Part shown: positions 1 to 10,513 of the stretch, one piece after another | Numbering within the stretch: the stretch's first letter is position 1 | Layout of the letters: the number at the start of each line of letters is the position of its first letter | From: an uncultured archaeon | Lineage (GTDB): Archaea > Asgardarchaeota > Thorarchaeia > Thorarchaeales > Thorarchaeaceae | Assembly: GCA_964610875.1 (NCBI GenBank) | Contig: CAZSWP010000002.1 | Span: 1 to 64,000 of the forward strand | Direction: 5' to 3' | DNA length: 64,000 nt | The notes under the pieces: generated by a model | Database searches by the model: none | Told to the model about the DNA's origin: nothing | The model's input: only the letters and a program-made list of their open reading frames with translations | Position numbers and translations under genes: made by a program

Positions 1-172
1 TTTCCATTAACCGATAATCAAACTTTGGATATACTGTTGAGAGGGTTGTTCCTTCACTGAGAGTTGGAGAAACCTCTGCCACTTCACTAGTGTGTATTAA
101 GGTGCACGAAACTATCAAGATTGATATGCACAGGGTAATGTATATTCCAATTTTCTGAATTTTTCCCACCAC
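1..172 (-). CDS. N-terminal part of a probable secreted/membrane protein (truncated by window edge)
   Basis: Open minus-strand frame from GTG 172/169 to the window start: VGKIQKIGIYITLCISILIVSCTLIHTSEVAEVSPTLSEG..., basic N-terminus plus hydrophobic signal-like stretch; not in ORF track. Confidence 0.5.
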   Translation of the reverse strand, partial: MVGKIQKIGIYITLCISILIVSCTLIHTSEVAEVSPTLSEGTTLSTVYPKFDYRLME

Positions 173-278
173 AAGTGGTAAGTGAATTGAAAATAAATAA
201 GGATTGTTGGAAATAAAGAGTACAACACACCTTTACCAAAACGGTGTGTTAAAATCTCACCATGTTTTTCTTAGAACT

Positions 279-1376
279 ATGAAGACTATTGAAATTGGTA
301 CAGCTAAAAGTGAACAAGGTAAATTGAACACCGGTTATATTGATGGAATTGAATTGCCTACTGGAGGAAGTGAGAGAATTCCTGTGATAATTGCACAGGG
401 AAATGAAGAAGGACCAACATTCTTCCTCTCCGCCAATGTTCATGGTAACGAGCTCACAGGTGTTGCGGTTATTCATGAGATAATGCAAGAGAGTTTGATT
501 GAAGACCTAAAGGGAACAGTTGTAGCAATTCCAACATTGAATCCATCAGGTCTGAGGTTAGGAACGAGAGATCCAGAGTTTGACACGAAGGACCCAAATA
601 GACTCTATCCTGAAGGAATGTTCAAGGAAACTGAAACTGATGATGATACAGACCCTCCTGCACCATACGAGTTGATTGCTAAGAAAGTGTTCTCATTTTT
701 TGAGAAATACGCAGACTTTCACATCGACTTTCATAACTATGAGTTCAGGTCGCTTCCATTTTCCATCATTGACAGAATATTCTACCAGGATGATTCTGAA
801 AAGCAAGAAGCGGAGGAACTCAGTCGCAAGCAGATTGAGATGGTGAAGGCATTTGGTGCCACGTATGCGATAGACTTCCCAGCAAAGAAATACATGAAGC
901 TAAAATACCATCGATCAGTTTCAGGCTCGGTACTGAACAATTTGAGAATTCCTGCATTCACAGTGGAGCTAGGTGCCAATACCGTACTCTTACCAGATGT
1001 AGTCGCCGGATCAGCCAAAGGAACAAGAAATGTTCTCAGGTGGGCTCGAATGCTCGGTAACAAGATAGAAGAAGTCACCGAGTTTGCTACACCCCAGCTA
1101 GATTATCGAATGCGCAGGTTTGCTCATCCACGATCAGAACATTCAGGTATAGTAAGATTCCTAGTTGGACCGGGAGATGTTGTCAAAAGAGGACAGGCAG
1201 TAGCCAGTATAACTGACATCTTTGGTAGAGCCATTGGAGATGGTTTCATTAAATCAGAATATGATGGAATGATGATAAATCTCCAGAATAGGATGATTAC
1301 TTACCCACAACAACCTATTGCGGAGATGGGAATAAAGGATGACCATCCAATAGTAGTAAAGAAACCTGAGAAGTGA
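279..1376 (+). CDS. Succinylglutamate desuccinylase/aspartoacylase family (M14-like Zn hydrolase)
   Basis: HGNE, DPNRLYP, DFH, TVELG motifs and C-terminal barrel-sandwich hybrid domain; likely start ATG 279 (MKTIEIG). Confidence 0.85.
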   Translation: MKTIEIGTAKSEQGKLNTGYIDGIELPTGGSERIPVIIAQGNEEGPTFFLSANVHGNELTGVAVIHEIMQESLIEDLKGTVVAIPTLNPSGLRLGTRDPEFDTKDPNRLYPEGMFKETETDDDTDPPAPYELIAKKVFSFFEKYADFHIDFHNYEFRSLPFSIIDRIFYQDDSEKQEAEELSRKQIEMVKAFGATYAIDFPAKKYMKLKYHRSVSGSVLNNLRIPAFTVELGANTVLLPDVVAGSAKGTRNVLRWARMLGNKIEEVTEFATPQLDYRMRRFAHPRSEHSGIVRFLVGPGDVVKRGQAVASITDIFGRAIGDGFIKSEYDGMMINLQNRMITYPQQPIAEMGIKDDHPIVVKKPEK

Positions 1377-1507
1377 AACTAATCGCAAAATGTGGAGTTG
1401 TCTAGAAACAATCCTTTGATGAATAGATTAGTTAGCTAATTTAGTCAACTTCGAAGAGTTTATCTGTTTCGTTTCGCGGGGTCGCTTAAGTACAGGCGGA
1501 TGAAAGT

Positions 1508-2476
1508 ATGTCTGTTGATAAAAAGACCCTCATAGACCTCTACACAAAGACTCTGAAGGTCAGACTTTTTGAGGAGAAGGTATGGGACCTGTTTGGACAG
1601 AACATTGTCCCAGGAACCCTCCATCTCTATCTTGGACAGGAAGCAGTTGCTGCAGGAGTGACAGCAGCTCTCAAGAAGACTGATTGGATACAGAGTACGC
1701 ATCGTGGACATGGTCATGTAATAGCAAAGGGAGCGGACCCCAATGCGGCTCTCGCAGAACTGCTTGGGAAGAAGACTGGTTCTTGCAAAGGAAAAGGAGG
1801 CTCAATGCACATTACTGAATTTGATGCAGGTGTGCTTGGAGCCACTGGTGTGGTAGCATCGGGTCTCCCAATAGCCGTCGGAGCAGCATTATCATGTCAG
1901 ATGCGGAAAACAAAGGATGTCGTAGCCTGCTTCTTTGGTGATGGCGCATCAAATAATGGCACCTTTGGAGAATCACTGAATATGTCTGCAATCTGGAATC
2001 TACCAGTGATTTGGGTTGTAGAGAATAATTTGTATGCGATGGGCACTCCAATCAAACTCACATGCCCCTCAAGCACAATAGCAGAACGTGCATCAGGGTA
2101 TTGTATTCCAAATGAAGTAGTAGATGGAATGAACGCACTGGAAGTGTACAATGCAACAGTAAAAGCTGTAGAACGTGCCCGAAAAGGCGAAGGCCCGACT
2201 CTCATTGAATGCCAGACATATCGAATGAGAGGACATTCTCGTTTTGACCCAGCAAAATATCGCCCAGAAGAAGAAGCGAAAGAGTGGTTGAATAAAGATT
2301 CTGTAGAGATAATCAAGAAGATAGCAATAGATGAAGGTGCACTTACAGAGAAGGATGCTGAAAAGATCAGAAAGAAGCTTCAGAAGGAGATTGACAAAGC
2401 GGGAGAGTTCGCTGTTGAATCAGAATATCCTGACCCTGAAGAAGTTCATGATGATGTCTATGCGGAGGCGATCTAA
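1508..2476 (+). CDS. pdhA: TPP-dependent 2-oxoacid/acetoin dehydrogenase E1 alpha subunit
   Basis: HLYLGQEA, THRGHGH, GKGGSMH, GDGASNNG TPP motif, TYRMRGHS; substrate (pyruvate vs acetoin vs other) not determinable. Confidence 0.9.
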   Translation: MSVDKKTLIDLYTKTLKVRLFEEKVWDLFGQNIVPGTLHLYLGQEAVAAGVTAALKKTDWIQSTHRGHGHVIAKGADPNAALAELLGKKTGSCKGKGGSMHITEFDAGVLGATGVVASGLPIAVGAALSCQMRKTKDVVACFFGDGASNNGTFGESLNMSAIWNLPVIWVVENNLYAMGTPIKLTCPSSTIAERASGYCIPNEVVDGMNALEVYNATVKAVERARKGEGPTLIECQTYRMRGHSRFDPAKYRPEEEAKEWLNKDSVEIIKKIAIDEGALTEKDAEKIRKKLQKEIDKAGEFAVESEYPDPEEVHDDVYAEAI

Positions 2477-3451
2477 ATGGCAGAGATGACATACAGAGAA
2501 GCCCTAAAGCAGGGTCTCCGAGAAGAGATGAAACGAGATGACTCCGTATTTATCATGGGAGAAGATGTTGGTCTAAATTGGGGAGGCGCTTTCAAGGTAA
2601 CAAAGGGTCTTGCTGAAGAATTTGGCGAAGATAGAGTAAGAGACACTCCAATCTCAGAGAACACCATTGCGGGAGCTGCAGTGGGTGCGGCCATCACTGG
2701 AATGCGCCCTGTAGCAGAGATTATGTTTGGAGATCTCATTACACTTGCAATGGACCAAGTCTGTAATCAAGCTGCGAAGATGCGTTACATGTTCGGAGGG
2801 CAGACAGCAGTACCTTTAGTGATCAGAACTGTATTTGGAGGAGGAAAGAACATAGCATCCCATCACTCACAGAGTCTTGAGTCATGGTTCATGCACACAC
2901 CAGGACTAAAAGTAGCTGTTCCCGCTTTTGCTTCTGATGTGAAGGGTATGATCAAGACTGCAATAAGAGACCCAGACCCAATACTCTTTGCTGAACACAA
3001 ACTTGTCTACGATAAGAAAGAAGAAGTCCCAGATGATGATTACACAATACCTTTTGGTGAAGCAAGGATTCATCGAGAAGGTGCGGATGTCACAGTTTGG
3101 GCAACGTTCTTCATGGTGCACAAAGCAATAGAGGTTGCAGAGGATTTGGCAAAAGAAGGAATTAGTGTTGAAGTTATCGACCCCCGGACACTTGTTCCAC
3201 TTGACAAGAAGACACTGATTGATTCAGTTAAGAAGACGGGTAGATTAGTCTGTGTTACTGAAGAAACCCAGACTCTTGCTACGACAGCTGAGATTGCAGC
3301 TGTTGTGCAGGAGGAAGCCTTCGACTGGCTAGACGCACCTATAATCCGAGTCAATGCACCAGACACCCCGGTTCCATTCAGTCCACCACTGGAACAGAAT
3401 TTTATCCCTGACAATAAGAGAATAGCAGAAGCAATCAGAAAGATTGCCTAG
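2477..3451 (+). CDS. pdhB: 2-oxoacid/acetoin dehydrogenase E1 beta subunit
   Basis: GEDVG, DTPISE, AEIMFGD, HHSQSLE, DPRTLVPLD; abuts E1 alpha. Confidence 0.9.
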   Translation: MAEMTYREALKQGLREEMKRDDSVFIMGEDVGLNWGGAFKVTKGLAEEFGEDRVRDTPISENTIAGAAVGAAITGMRPVAEIMFGDLITLAMDQVCNQAAKMRYMFGGQTAVPLVIRTVFGGGKNIASHHSQSLESWFMHTPGLKVAVPAFASDVKGMIKTAIRDPDPILFAEHKLVYDKKEEVPDDDYTIPFGEARIHREGADVTVWATFFMVHKAIEVAEDLAKEGISVEVIDPRTLVPLDKKTLIDSVKKTGRLVCVTEETQTLATTAEIAAVVQEEAFDWLDAPIIRVNAPDTPVPFSPPLEQNFIPDNKRIAEAIRKIA

Positions 3452-3463
3452 AGGTTGGTTTCA

Positions 3464-4696
3464 ATGGTCACGACTATGATAATGCAGAGAATGAGCGTTG
3501 CGATGGAATACGGCGTCATTCTCAAATGGCTCAAAAAGGAAGGAGACAAGGTCAAGAAAGGAGACCCAGTTGTTGAAATATTTGGAGAGAAGAACGAGTT
3601 TGAACTAGAAGCTCCAGAGGACGGCATCCTTCTAAAAATACTATGTGAAGAAAACGATGAAATTCCGATAAGTGAGCCGATTGCAATCATAGGTGAGAAG
3701 GGAGAAGAGATTCCTGATATCACTCCTAAGAAACTGAATGAAGAGACAGCTGTGACAACAGCTCCTGTGACAACAACACCAACTATAGAATCTCCAAAAG
3801 TGGAAAAGAAAACAACTACCTCTTCAAGATTAGAGAGTGGTAGAATCAAAGCATCACCTAGAGCCAAAAAGAAAGCTAAGGAATTAGGAGTAGAACTACA
3901 ATTTGTTACCGGAACTGGCCCAGGTGGACGTATTATCGAAAAGGATGTTATGACTGCTCAAGACGCAGGGCCAATATCAGCACCAGTTTCTATTGGAGAT
4001 GAAAGAGAGGTTCGCAAGGTAGAAACCATGAGTCCATTGCGTAGAACGATCGCACGTAGAATGACTCAGAGTTCTCATAATCCTCACATTACTATGATCA
4101 CTGAGATAGATATGACGGAAGTTGTAGGTCTCAGACGTGAATTGAATGAGGCAATTGAGAATCAATTAAGTATTAGAATATCATTCAATGACATCATTCT
4201 CAAAGCAGTGGCAGACACACTAGAAAAGTTTCCAAAATTCAATGCTACATTGAGTGGAAATGACCTGCATATTTTCGAGGATATACATCTTGGAGTAGCA
4301 ATGGCTACTTATGACGGACTGATTGTTCCTGTAGTACGTGAAGCAAATAAGAAATCAATAACCGAGATTGCGTTGGAAACAAAATCATTTGGTATAAAAG
4401 CAAAAGAAAACAACCTCAGTCCTGAGGAACTAACCGGTAGTACATTCACAGTTTCTAATCTCGGACCATTCAAAGTTGACCTCTTCATTCCTGTCATCAA
4501 CCCTCCTGAAACAGCAATCCTTGCACTTGGCCAGATAAAGAAGAAACCTGTTGTAGTTAATGATATGATAGCTATCAGACACATGATGATGGCAAGCTGT
4601 GCAGTGGATCACCGAATACTTGATGGTGCTCCTGCTGGTCAATTCTTAGAAGCATTGAAAGAAACCTTAGAGAATCCATTCATGCTGAAATACTAA
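3464..4696 (+). CDS. pdhC: Dihydrolipoamide acyltransferase E2
   Basis: Lipoyl domain, Thr/Pro-rich linker, E3-binding domain (ASPRAKK...GTGPGGRI), catalytic DHRILDG. Confidence 0.9.
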   Translation: MVTTMIMQRMSVAMEYGVILKWLKKEGDKVKKGDPVVEIFGEKNEFELEAPEDGILLKILCEENDEIPISEPIAIIGEKGEEIPDITPKKLNEETAVTTAPVTTTPTIESPKVEKKTTTSSRLESGRIKASPRAKKKAKELGVELQFVTGTGPGGRIIEKDVMTAQDAGPISAPVSIGDEREVRKVETMSPLRRTIARRMTQSSHNPHITMITEIDMTEVVGLRRELNEAIENQLSIRISFNDIILKAVADTLEKFPKFNATLSGNDLHIFEDIHLGVAMATYDGLIVPVVREANKKSITEIALETKSFGIKAKENNLSPEELTGSTFTVSNLGPFKVDLFIPVINPPETAILALGQIKKKPVVVNDMIAIRHMMMASCAVDHRILDGAPAGQFLEALKETLENPFMLKY

Positions 4697-5307
4697 CTAG
4701 CATATTCATTTCGTTGGATGTTCTTTAATCAAAATACAATGATAATTGACATGTATACAAAGGTTATGCCAAAACTCACAATTTGCATACTTGTCAATCC
4801 GACAAAAGTCCACAGAATGGTATTTTCAGTGTTTTCTAAGACTATGACCGTTACATTTTTTGATGCACTATACTCATCTGTTTCAACTCTAAGAAGATAA
4901 TTATATGAACCGGGTGGGAAACCATAATATCTATGGAAATAGTTTCATTGCTATCGAGAATACCTTCTTGAACCAACGTTCCATTTCTATAACAAGAATA
5001 ATCCGCAACCACAGTGATTGATATATTCCATTGGATAATATTACCAGTTGTGCCTACTTGATAATCAGTTTTGCTTGGCCCTTCTATTTGAATAGGCTCA
5101 TCTGGTGAAAATTCACTCCTATCATAATAGAAGTAGTCTTCATTGATCGGCAACTCAAATACTTCACCAGCAACATAGTCACTACAGTAGAACGAACCTG
5201 AGGTGATCATCTCACCGGGATTATCCGGGTTTGGATTCCAGAGGTTCCATCCCTCAAGACCAACTTCTTCAAAGACGTGCTTGAGAATAATCGGTTTGTA
5301 TCCATAT
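4693..5307 (-). pseudogene. Remnant of a membrane-anchored surface/solute-binding protein (5'-truncated, 1-nt frameshift, internal stop)
   Basis: Restoring one base at 4925/4926 gives ...ISIDIDGFPPGSYNYLLRVETDEYSASKNVTVIV...TM...F*LKNIQRNEYAS*, matching the Ig-like repeat (IDIDGLRMGLYNFT) of the neighbouring gene; TGA at 4729-4731. Confidence 0.7.
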
Positions 5308-7272
5308 TCAAGTATAATCATAGGTTGAGCGCTTTCTTTTGAATACCATGGCAATGACAACAATCACAACAGCAAGAGAACCCATTGTAACAATAATTCC
5401 AAACATTGCCATCAAGTCATTGGGAATTCCAACATCAACATCATCAGTAGTCGTTGCAGCCAACACAGTTACTGTGACTATATCGTGAGCTTGATTATCT
5501 GAAGCGTCCCAGACGGTGATTGTCACATTATGTACACCAACTGCCAATCCATCTAAATTGAGTGAAATCGTTTCAGCAGTGGAATTCCATTGTCCTGTTC
5601 TTACAATATGACCATCCATACCAATGGCATATTGATTTGGATTATCATCTTCAGGATGCCATTCAATTGATTGTCCTGTTTGACCAACAAGAAAAGACAC
5701 ATCAGAGGGGTGGTCAATGATGGGGTCTGTTTCATCTGTTACAGTCACCATGACTGTGTCTATGGCTACATGTCCGTGGACATCCTCAACAACTAACGTA
5801 TAGTTATACACTCCTAGGGAATGACCATCAACATTCACAGTGATGTTTTCATCGGTTGAATTCCAGAGTCCATTACGAATTGGAGTATTATCCATGTAAA
5901 GGGTGTATGATGATGGATCACTATCTTCAGGATTCCAAATTATAGAATATCCGAATTCTCCCTCAGCGTAAAAGACATTACTCGGGGAGCTCAGGATTGG
6001 CGAATTTTCGAATGCAGAAAGAGGATAATACATAGAAAACTGAATAGCTTGCAAAACTAAACGATCTCCCTGCATATGATAATCATAGTATTCAGTTCTG
6101 TACATTGGTATATAATCACCATAAGGAGAAGCACCAGAAACTATGATGATTCCAGATTCTGCAGCACCAGCATTGATTTCCACCGTCATGGCCACCATAG
6201 GACCAGATTCACTATCTTCGTGAGCCACTGGCATTATTCCATCATGGTCATCGATATAGGATGCAGAACTATAGTAAAGAACAGGGTATATATCACTCAT
6301 GGGCTGGTCTATGAGATTCACAGCACCTGTGCCATCTCCATGTTCACTGCCGTACAAACAAGTTGGACCATGCATCAGAACTCCATTGACACCTTCAACG
6401 ATTGGAGAAATGAATCGAGCATCATCGGTTTCATTAGCTATAACACGGTAATCCGCATTCACGTTAGACTCAGGGTCTTCTATCTGAGTGTTTTCAGGAT
6501 AAACATGAGAGTTTACAGCTTTCAAGATTGCACTCATGTTGTGATTGACATAATGACCTTCATAATCCGCATCACCAGCAACCCATAGAAACTTCTCACC
6601 AGTGCTATACCAATCAGCAATTGCTGTAATTTCCTCTGTTGTATAATTATTCTCCTCCTGATGTATTGCTCCTATAATTAGAGCATCAGCATCAGCAAGA
6701 AGGGTGTCATTGATTCCACCTTTCGCCCAAATAACATCATAACCAAGTGCTGTAAGATTGCTTTCAAAATTTGCATCCTCCACCTCATGCGGACCATCCT
6801 CCTGTCCATGAGAATAATCGAGAATAATTCTCTTCCCGACTTCATCCACCACATAGACCCAGACGGTATCAGATGCTGTATTACTAGTTGAATCCTCCAA
6901 TAATATCGTGAAATTGTATAGACCCATTCTCAGCCCATCAATATCAATGGTAACAACTCCAGAAGTTGTAAAACCATCATCAATTGATTCTCGATTTCGG
7001 AATACCTCATAAGAAATCTCAATACTCGAATTGAAGTGCCATTCTATTGTATTCCCCGTACTTCCAGTATCGTAAGTTAACGTATTAGGCCCGTCAACTT
7101 GAATCACTGCATCATCCGCTTTGACATGTCGAGTGTCTTTATAAAGCATTAATGTACTAGGAATATTCTCCGATTTGCAAGATGTGAATTTGACTATGAG
7201 TCCGTTAGTTGAGATAAGAATTAGGGATATACATAAGAAACAAACCACGAATCTTTTAGGAATAGGGTTCAC
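5308..7272 (-). CDS. Cell-surface protein: signal peptide, three Ig-like repeats around a GATase-like/DUF4350-type domain, C-terminal TM anchor
   Basis: Repeats TGxxIxW...VDGLxxGxYNxT...DxVxVxV; ILDYSHGQ domain start; TM followed by KRKR. Confidence 0.75.
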   Translation of the reverse strand: MNPIPKRFVVCFLCISLILISTNGLIVKFTSCKSENIPSTLMLYKDTRHVKADDAVIQVDGPNTLTYDTGSTGNTIEWHFNSSIEISYEVFRNRESIDDGFTTSGVVTIDIDGLRMGLYNFTILLEDSTSNTASDTVWVYVVDEVGKRIILDYSHGQEDGPHEVEDANFESNLTALGYDVIWAKGGINDTLLADADALIIGAIHQEENNYTTEEITAIADWYSTGEKFLWVAGDADYEGHYVNHNMSAILKAVNSHVYPENTQIEDPESNVNADYRVIANETDDARFISPIVEGVNGVLMHGPTCLYGSEHGDGTGAVNLIDQPMSDIYPVLYYSSASYIDDHDGIMPVAHEDSESGPMVAMTVEINAGAAESGIIIVSGASPYGDYIPMYRTEYYDYHMQGDRLVLQAIQFSMYYPLSAFENSPILSSPSNVFYAEGEFGYSIIWNPEDSDPSSYTLYMDNTPIRNGLWNSTDENITVNVDGHSLGVYNYTLVVEDVHGHVAIDTVMVTVTDETDPIIDHPSDVSFLVGQTGQSIEWHPEDDNPNQYAIGMDGHIVRTGQWNSTAETISLNLDGLAVGVHNVTITVWDASDNQAHDIVTVTVLAATTTDDVDVGIPNDLMAMFGIIVTMGSLAVVIVVIAMVFKRKRSTYDYT

Positions 7273-7369
7273 TCAATCAACCCCCAATGTTATGAGTTGA
7301 TATAGATACGTTTCAACTACTAATAAGACCTCTGCCGAAAGAATGAAACATGTCTTTGTTTAAAGAGAT

Positions 7370-8935
7370 TCAATCTGCTTTCAGTTTGAATTTCTCTTCA
7401 ACATGTTTTCGATGAATGTTATTATAGGTACAAAACGAAATGATTCGTCCATCAGGAGTAGCATAATTAATTGTACAGTGTTGGACTCGTTCAAGATCTA
7501 AATTCCAAGGATCCTGAAAATGCATCATTCCCAACATTATCACTCTACTCATGAATGTACGAAGAGAACTATAACTGCCTGTACGAAGGAAAGATGAGAT
7601 AATTGGTTTCATAAATGATTTTTTCTTTACATGTCGTAGGAAACCCAACAGCTTCAGTTTTGATCTCAATCCTGCAAACCTCTTGCCATCAGCATAGAGA
7701 TTGCATATATCCTCTAGAACTGCAAGTAATCGCTCAATGTCAACTACTTCTGTGATTGGAACATAAGATCCATCATCATCAATGAAGAGGAAGGTTGCCA
7801 TTCCACATGCAAAATGAGCATGAAGCTCAAAAAGGTCGATACCTCGAATCAAGCCGATAGCTCTACCGACGCCCATCATAGAAGAAACAGGGTACCAGTC
7901 TTCGGCTTTGATACCACCGTTAGTTTGCTCTTCAATCAGTCGAATCGCATCTGGTGTTGTTATCCGCATCTTTTCTCGTTCTTCCCTATCGATTCTGCCA
8001 GTGATGCTGACAGGTTGGAAATTGATACAACGGACAATATCACGATTGTCCAGAGCATATTGAACAATATCCCCCAGTTCATTGTCATTTACACCCTTGA
8101 CAACAGTTGGAACCAGTATGACTCCGTCTAGGTCAGCATACCTTGCACTGTCCAATACTTTATCTTTAATATCCCTCATATCACGTCCACGAGCTGCCAA
8201 ATATGGGCCTTCTGTCACGCCATCAAATTGAAGGTAGATTGTCTTCAACCCGTTTGCTACCAATTCTTTTAGATAGTCAGGATTTCTCGCCATCCGAATA
8301 CCATTTGTAGCAATCATGATGTGTCTGAAACCCATTTCTTGCGCCCATTTCACATATTGCGGCATATTGTCACTGACAGTTGGCTCACCACCTGCAAATT
8401 GAACTGCAGGACAAGGAGCGGGAAGATTAGCTCTCAGGTTCTCAAGCATTGCATATACTTGTTCAGGGCTTGGTTCATAATATTCTGATGAGTCTGCTGC
8501 ACTCGCAAAACAGATTGGACATTGCATATTGCAACGGTTTGTGACGTCAATGAGACCTAGACCGGTATGAGCACGATGATTCGGACAGGGGCCACAATCC
8601 TTAGGACATCCATCTTTTACTTCCGTCCGGGGATTATCTATTCCGACTGTTTCATACCAATAATCCATGACTCTATAGAACATAGGAACGTCAGACCAGT
8701 AGAGTTCTTTTACTACTCCGTGAATAGGACAAACTTTTTCCATCATGACACGGTTTTTCTCTTCGAAAACGGTAGCAGGAATTACATTCACATCATCATT
8801 TTCCACGAAACAATGAGGACAGATAGAAGAAGTAGTATACGGTAATGTCTTTGGAGGAATCTTTGTCATCCGATAACGCTCAAGGTCTTCAGAATCAGAG
8901 CGCTTTGGATGGTCAACAATGGTCTTGCCAGTCAT
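7370..8935 (-). CDS. tes: Tetraether lipid synthase (Tes/GDGT-MAS family radical SAM enzyme)
   Basis: CPHC...CPIHG site, CPKDCGPCPNH, CNMQCPIC radical SAM motif, QFAGGEPT, C-terminal MHFQD...CTINYATPDGRIISFCTYN; SD GAGGAG before ATG 8935 (alternative GTG 8962 abuts crtI stop). Confidence 0.85.
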   Translation of the reverse strand: MTGKTIVDHPKRSDSEDLERYRMTKIPPKTLPYTTSSICPHCFVENDDVNVIPATVFEEKNRVMMEKVCPIHGVVKELYWSDVPMFYRVMDYWYETVGIDNPRTEVKDGCPKDCGPCPNHRAHTGLGLIDVTNRCNMQCPICFASAADSSEYYEPSPEQVYAMLENLRANLPAPCPAVQFAGGEPTVSDNMPQYVKWAQEMGFRHIMIATNGIRMARNPDYLKELVANGLKTIYLQFDGVTEGPYLAARGRDMRDIKDKVLDSARYADLDGVILVPTVVKGVNDNELGDIVQYALDNRDIVRCINFQPVSITGRIDREEREKMRITTPDAIRLIEEQTNGGIKAEDWYPVSSMMGVGRAIGLIRGIDLFELHAHFACGMATFLFIDDDGSYVPITEVVDIERLLAVLEDICNLYADGKRFAGLRSKLKLLGFLRHVKKKSFMKPIISSFLRTGSYSSLRTFMSRVIMLGMMHFQDPWNLDLERVQHCTINYATPDGRIISFCTYNNIHRKHVEEKFKLKAD

Positions 8936-8962
8936 TCTGTTCTCCTCGGACGAGTATAACAC

Positions 8963-10498
8963 CTATCCTAGTTTCCCACGTTCCAAGTCTTCAAAGATTA
9001 ATCTAGTGGTGAGGTCTGCGCTCATTATTACGCTTGGTACACCAGCGCCAGGATGGGTTCCAGCACCTACGATGTATAGGCCTTTAATGTCTCTAGAACG
9101 ATTATGAGGTCTGAACCATCCTGATTGCAACAATAATGGTTGCAACTGGAATGCCGCACCTTTGTACGAATTAAATTCAGTTTCATAATCAGCTGGTGTG
9201 AAAACCTTTGTAACCGCAAGATTGTCAGTAAGTCCTGGCAATACCTGTTCATCAAGAGTACTCAAGATATGATCCTTGAATTCCTCCTTCTTCTCTTCCC
9301 AATTTGTTTCTGAGTTGAGATTGCTCACAGGAGTACATGCATACATTGTTTCACATCCCTCAGGTGCAAGATGTGTATCTGTTCTAGTAGGAATATGCAA
9401 ATAGGTTGAAAAATCATCAGGAACAATGTTCTTCTTGAAGATGTCATTTATGAGTCCTTTATACCTTGGACCGAATACGATGCTATGATGAAGCATATCA
9501 TCATACTTCTTTTCCACACCAAAATAGGTCATGAAAAGGCTCATCGAATACTTTGCTCTCTTGTATCTTCCATCGCTATTTCTCCAACTTCGAGGTTTGG
9601 AGCCAATCATTTTCATATATGTTAAGGCAACATCAGCATTTGAAATGACAATATCAGCATCATAAGTAGTACCATTGGTTGTTGTTACACCAGTTGCTCT
9701 CTTAGACTTGTTTACCTCAATCTTATCAACTTCTGAATTGAGTTTAATCTCACCATCAAGTTCCTTAAGTAAACGTTCCATTGCCGCAACAAATTTATGA
9801 GTCCCACCTCGGACCCACCACATTCCATGTTTCTCTTCAATGTAGGTGATTAACGTATAGATTGCAGTTGCAGTAAATGGATTTCCACCAATAAATAGAG
9901 GATTGAATGAAAGGGCCATCCGTAATCTTGGGTCTTTAACATGACTGGCGACCATACCATGGACACTTTTGTATGCTTTATGCCGAATCCCAGCTGGACC
10001 CATCTTAACCATACTCCAGATGGATTTGAAAGGCATAGACCCGAACTTTTCGAAACCAAGTTCATAGATTGGTTTTACAGCTTTCATGAACTTTTTGTAA
10101 CCTTCTATGTCGTTAGGACTAAGACGTTCTACCTCTTTCAGATTGTCTTCGGAACTCCCATAATCCATTTGACTTCCATCTGGAAAATAGAGTCGATATT
10201 TTGGTGATACTTTTAGCAGCTCAACATAGTCTGTGGGATTGCGCCCTGCAAATTCAAAAATCTCATCAACCAGAAAGGGCGGCGTAATGATAGTTGGACC
10301 TGTATCAAATGTGTAACCCTTCTCCTGAAATACTCCAGCTCTGCCACCAAGTTGATGTCGCTTCTCAAGCAATGTTACTGAGTGTCCTTTAGCCTGCATG
10401 CGTATTGCAGCTGCAAGACCCCCAATTCCACCGCCAATTACTACTACCTGTTTACCTTCGTTACTGTCTTCAACTGTCACTGTTAATACCTCCCTCAT
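8963..10498 (-). CDS. crtI: Phytoene desaturase
   Basis: GGGIGG FAD fold, GGRA, FDTGPT, GGNPF, FRPHN, GAGTHPGAGVP. Confidence 0.9.
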   Translation of the reverse strand: MREVLTVTVEDSNEGKQVVVIGGGIGGLAAAIRMQAKGHSVTLLEKRHQLGGRAGVFQEKGYTFDTGPTIITPPFLVDEIFEFAGRNPTDYVELLKVSPKYRLYFPDGSQMDYGSSEDNLKEVERLSPNDIEGYKKFMKAVKPIYELGFEKFGSMPFKSIWSMVKMGPAGIRHKAYKSVHGMVASHVKDPRLRMALSFNPLFIGGNPFTATAIYTLITYIEEKHGMWWVRGGTHKFVAAMERLLKELDGEIKLNSEVDKIEVNKSKRATGVTTTNGTTYDADIVISNADVALTYMKMIGSKPRSWRNSDGRYKRAKYSMSLFMTYFGVEKKYDDMLHHSIVFGPRYKGLINDIFKKNIVPDDFSTYLHIPTRTDTHLAPEGCETMYACTPVSNLNSETNWEEKKEEFKDHILSTLDEQVLPGLTDNLAVTKVFTPADYETEFNSYKGAAFQLQPLLLQSGWFRPHNRSRDIKGLYIVGAGTHPGAGVPSVIMSADLTTRLIFEDLERGKLG

Positions 10499-10513
10499 AT
10501 AATCTATAGAATT

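Noticed and set aside
6076-6588. Long antisense ORFs (also 29737-30231, 32423-32908, 38212-38673 and many shorter ones)
   Set aside because: Largely or fully nested opposite well-supported genes, with no motifs; shadow ORFs
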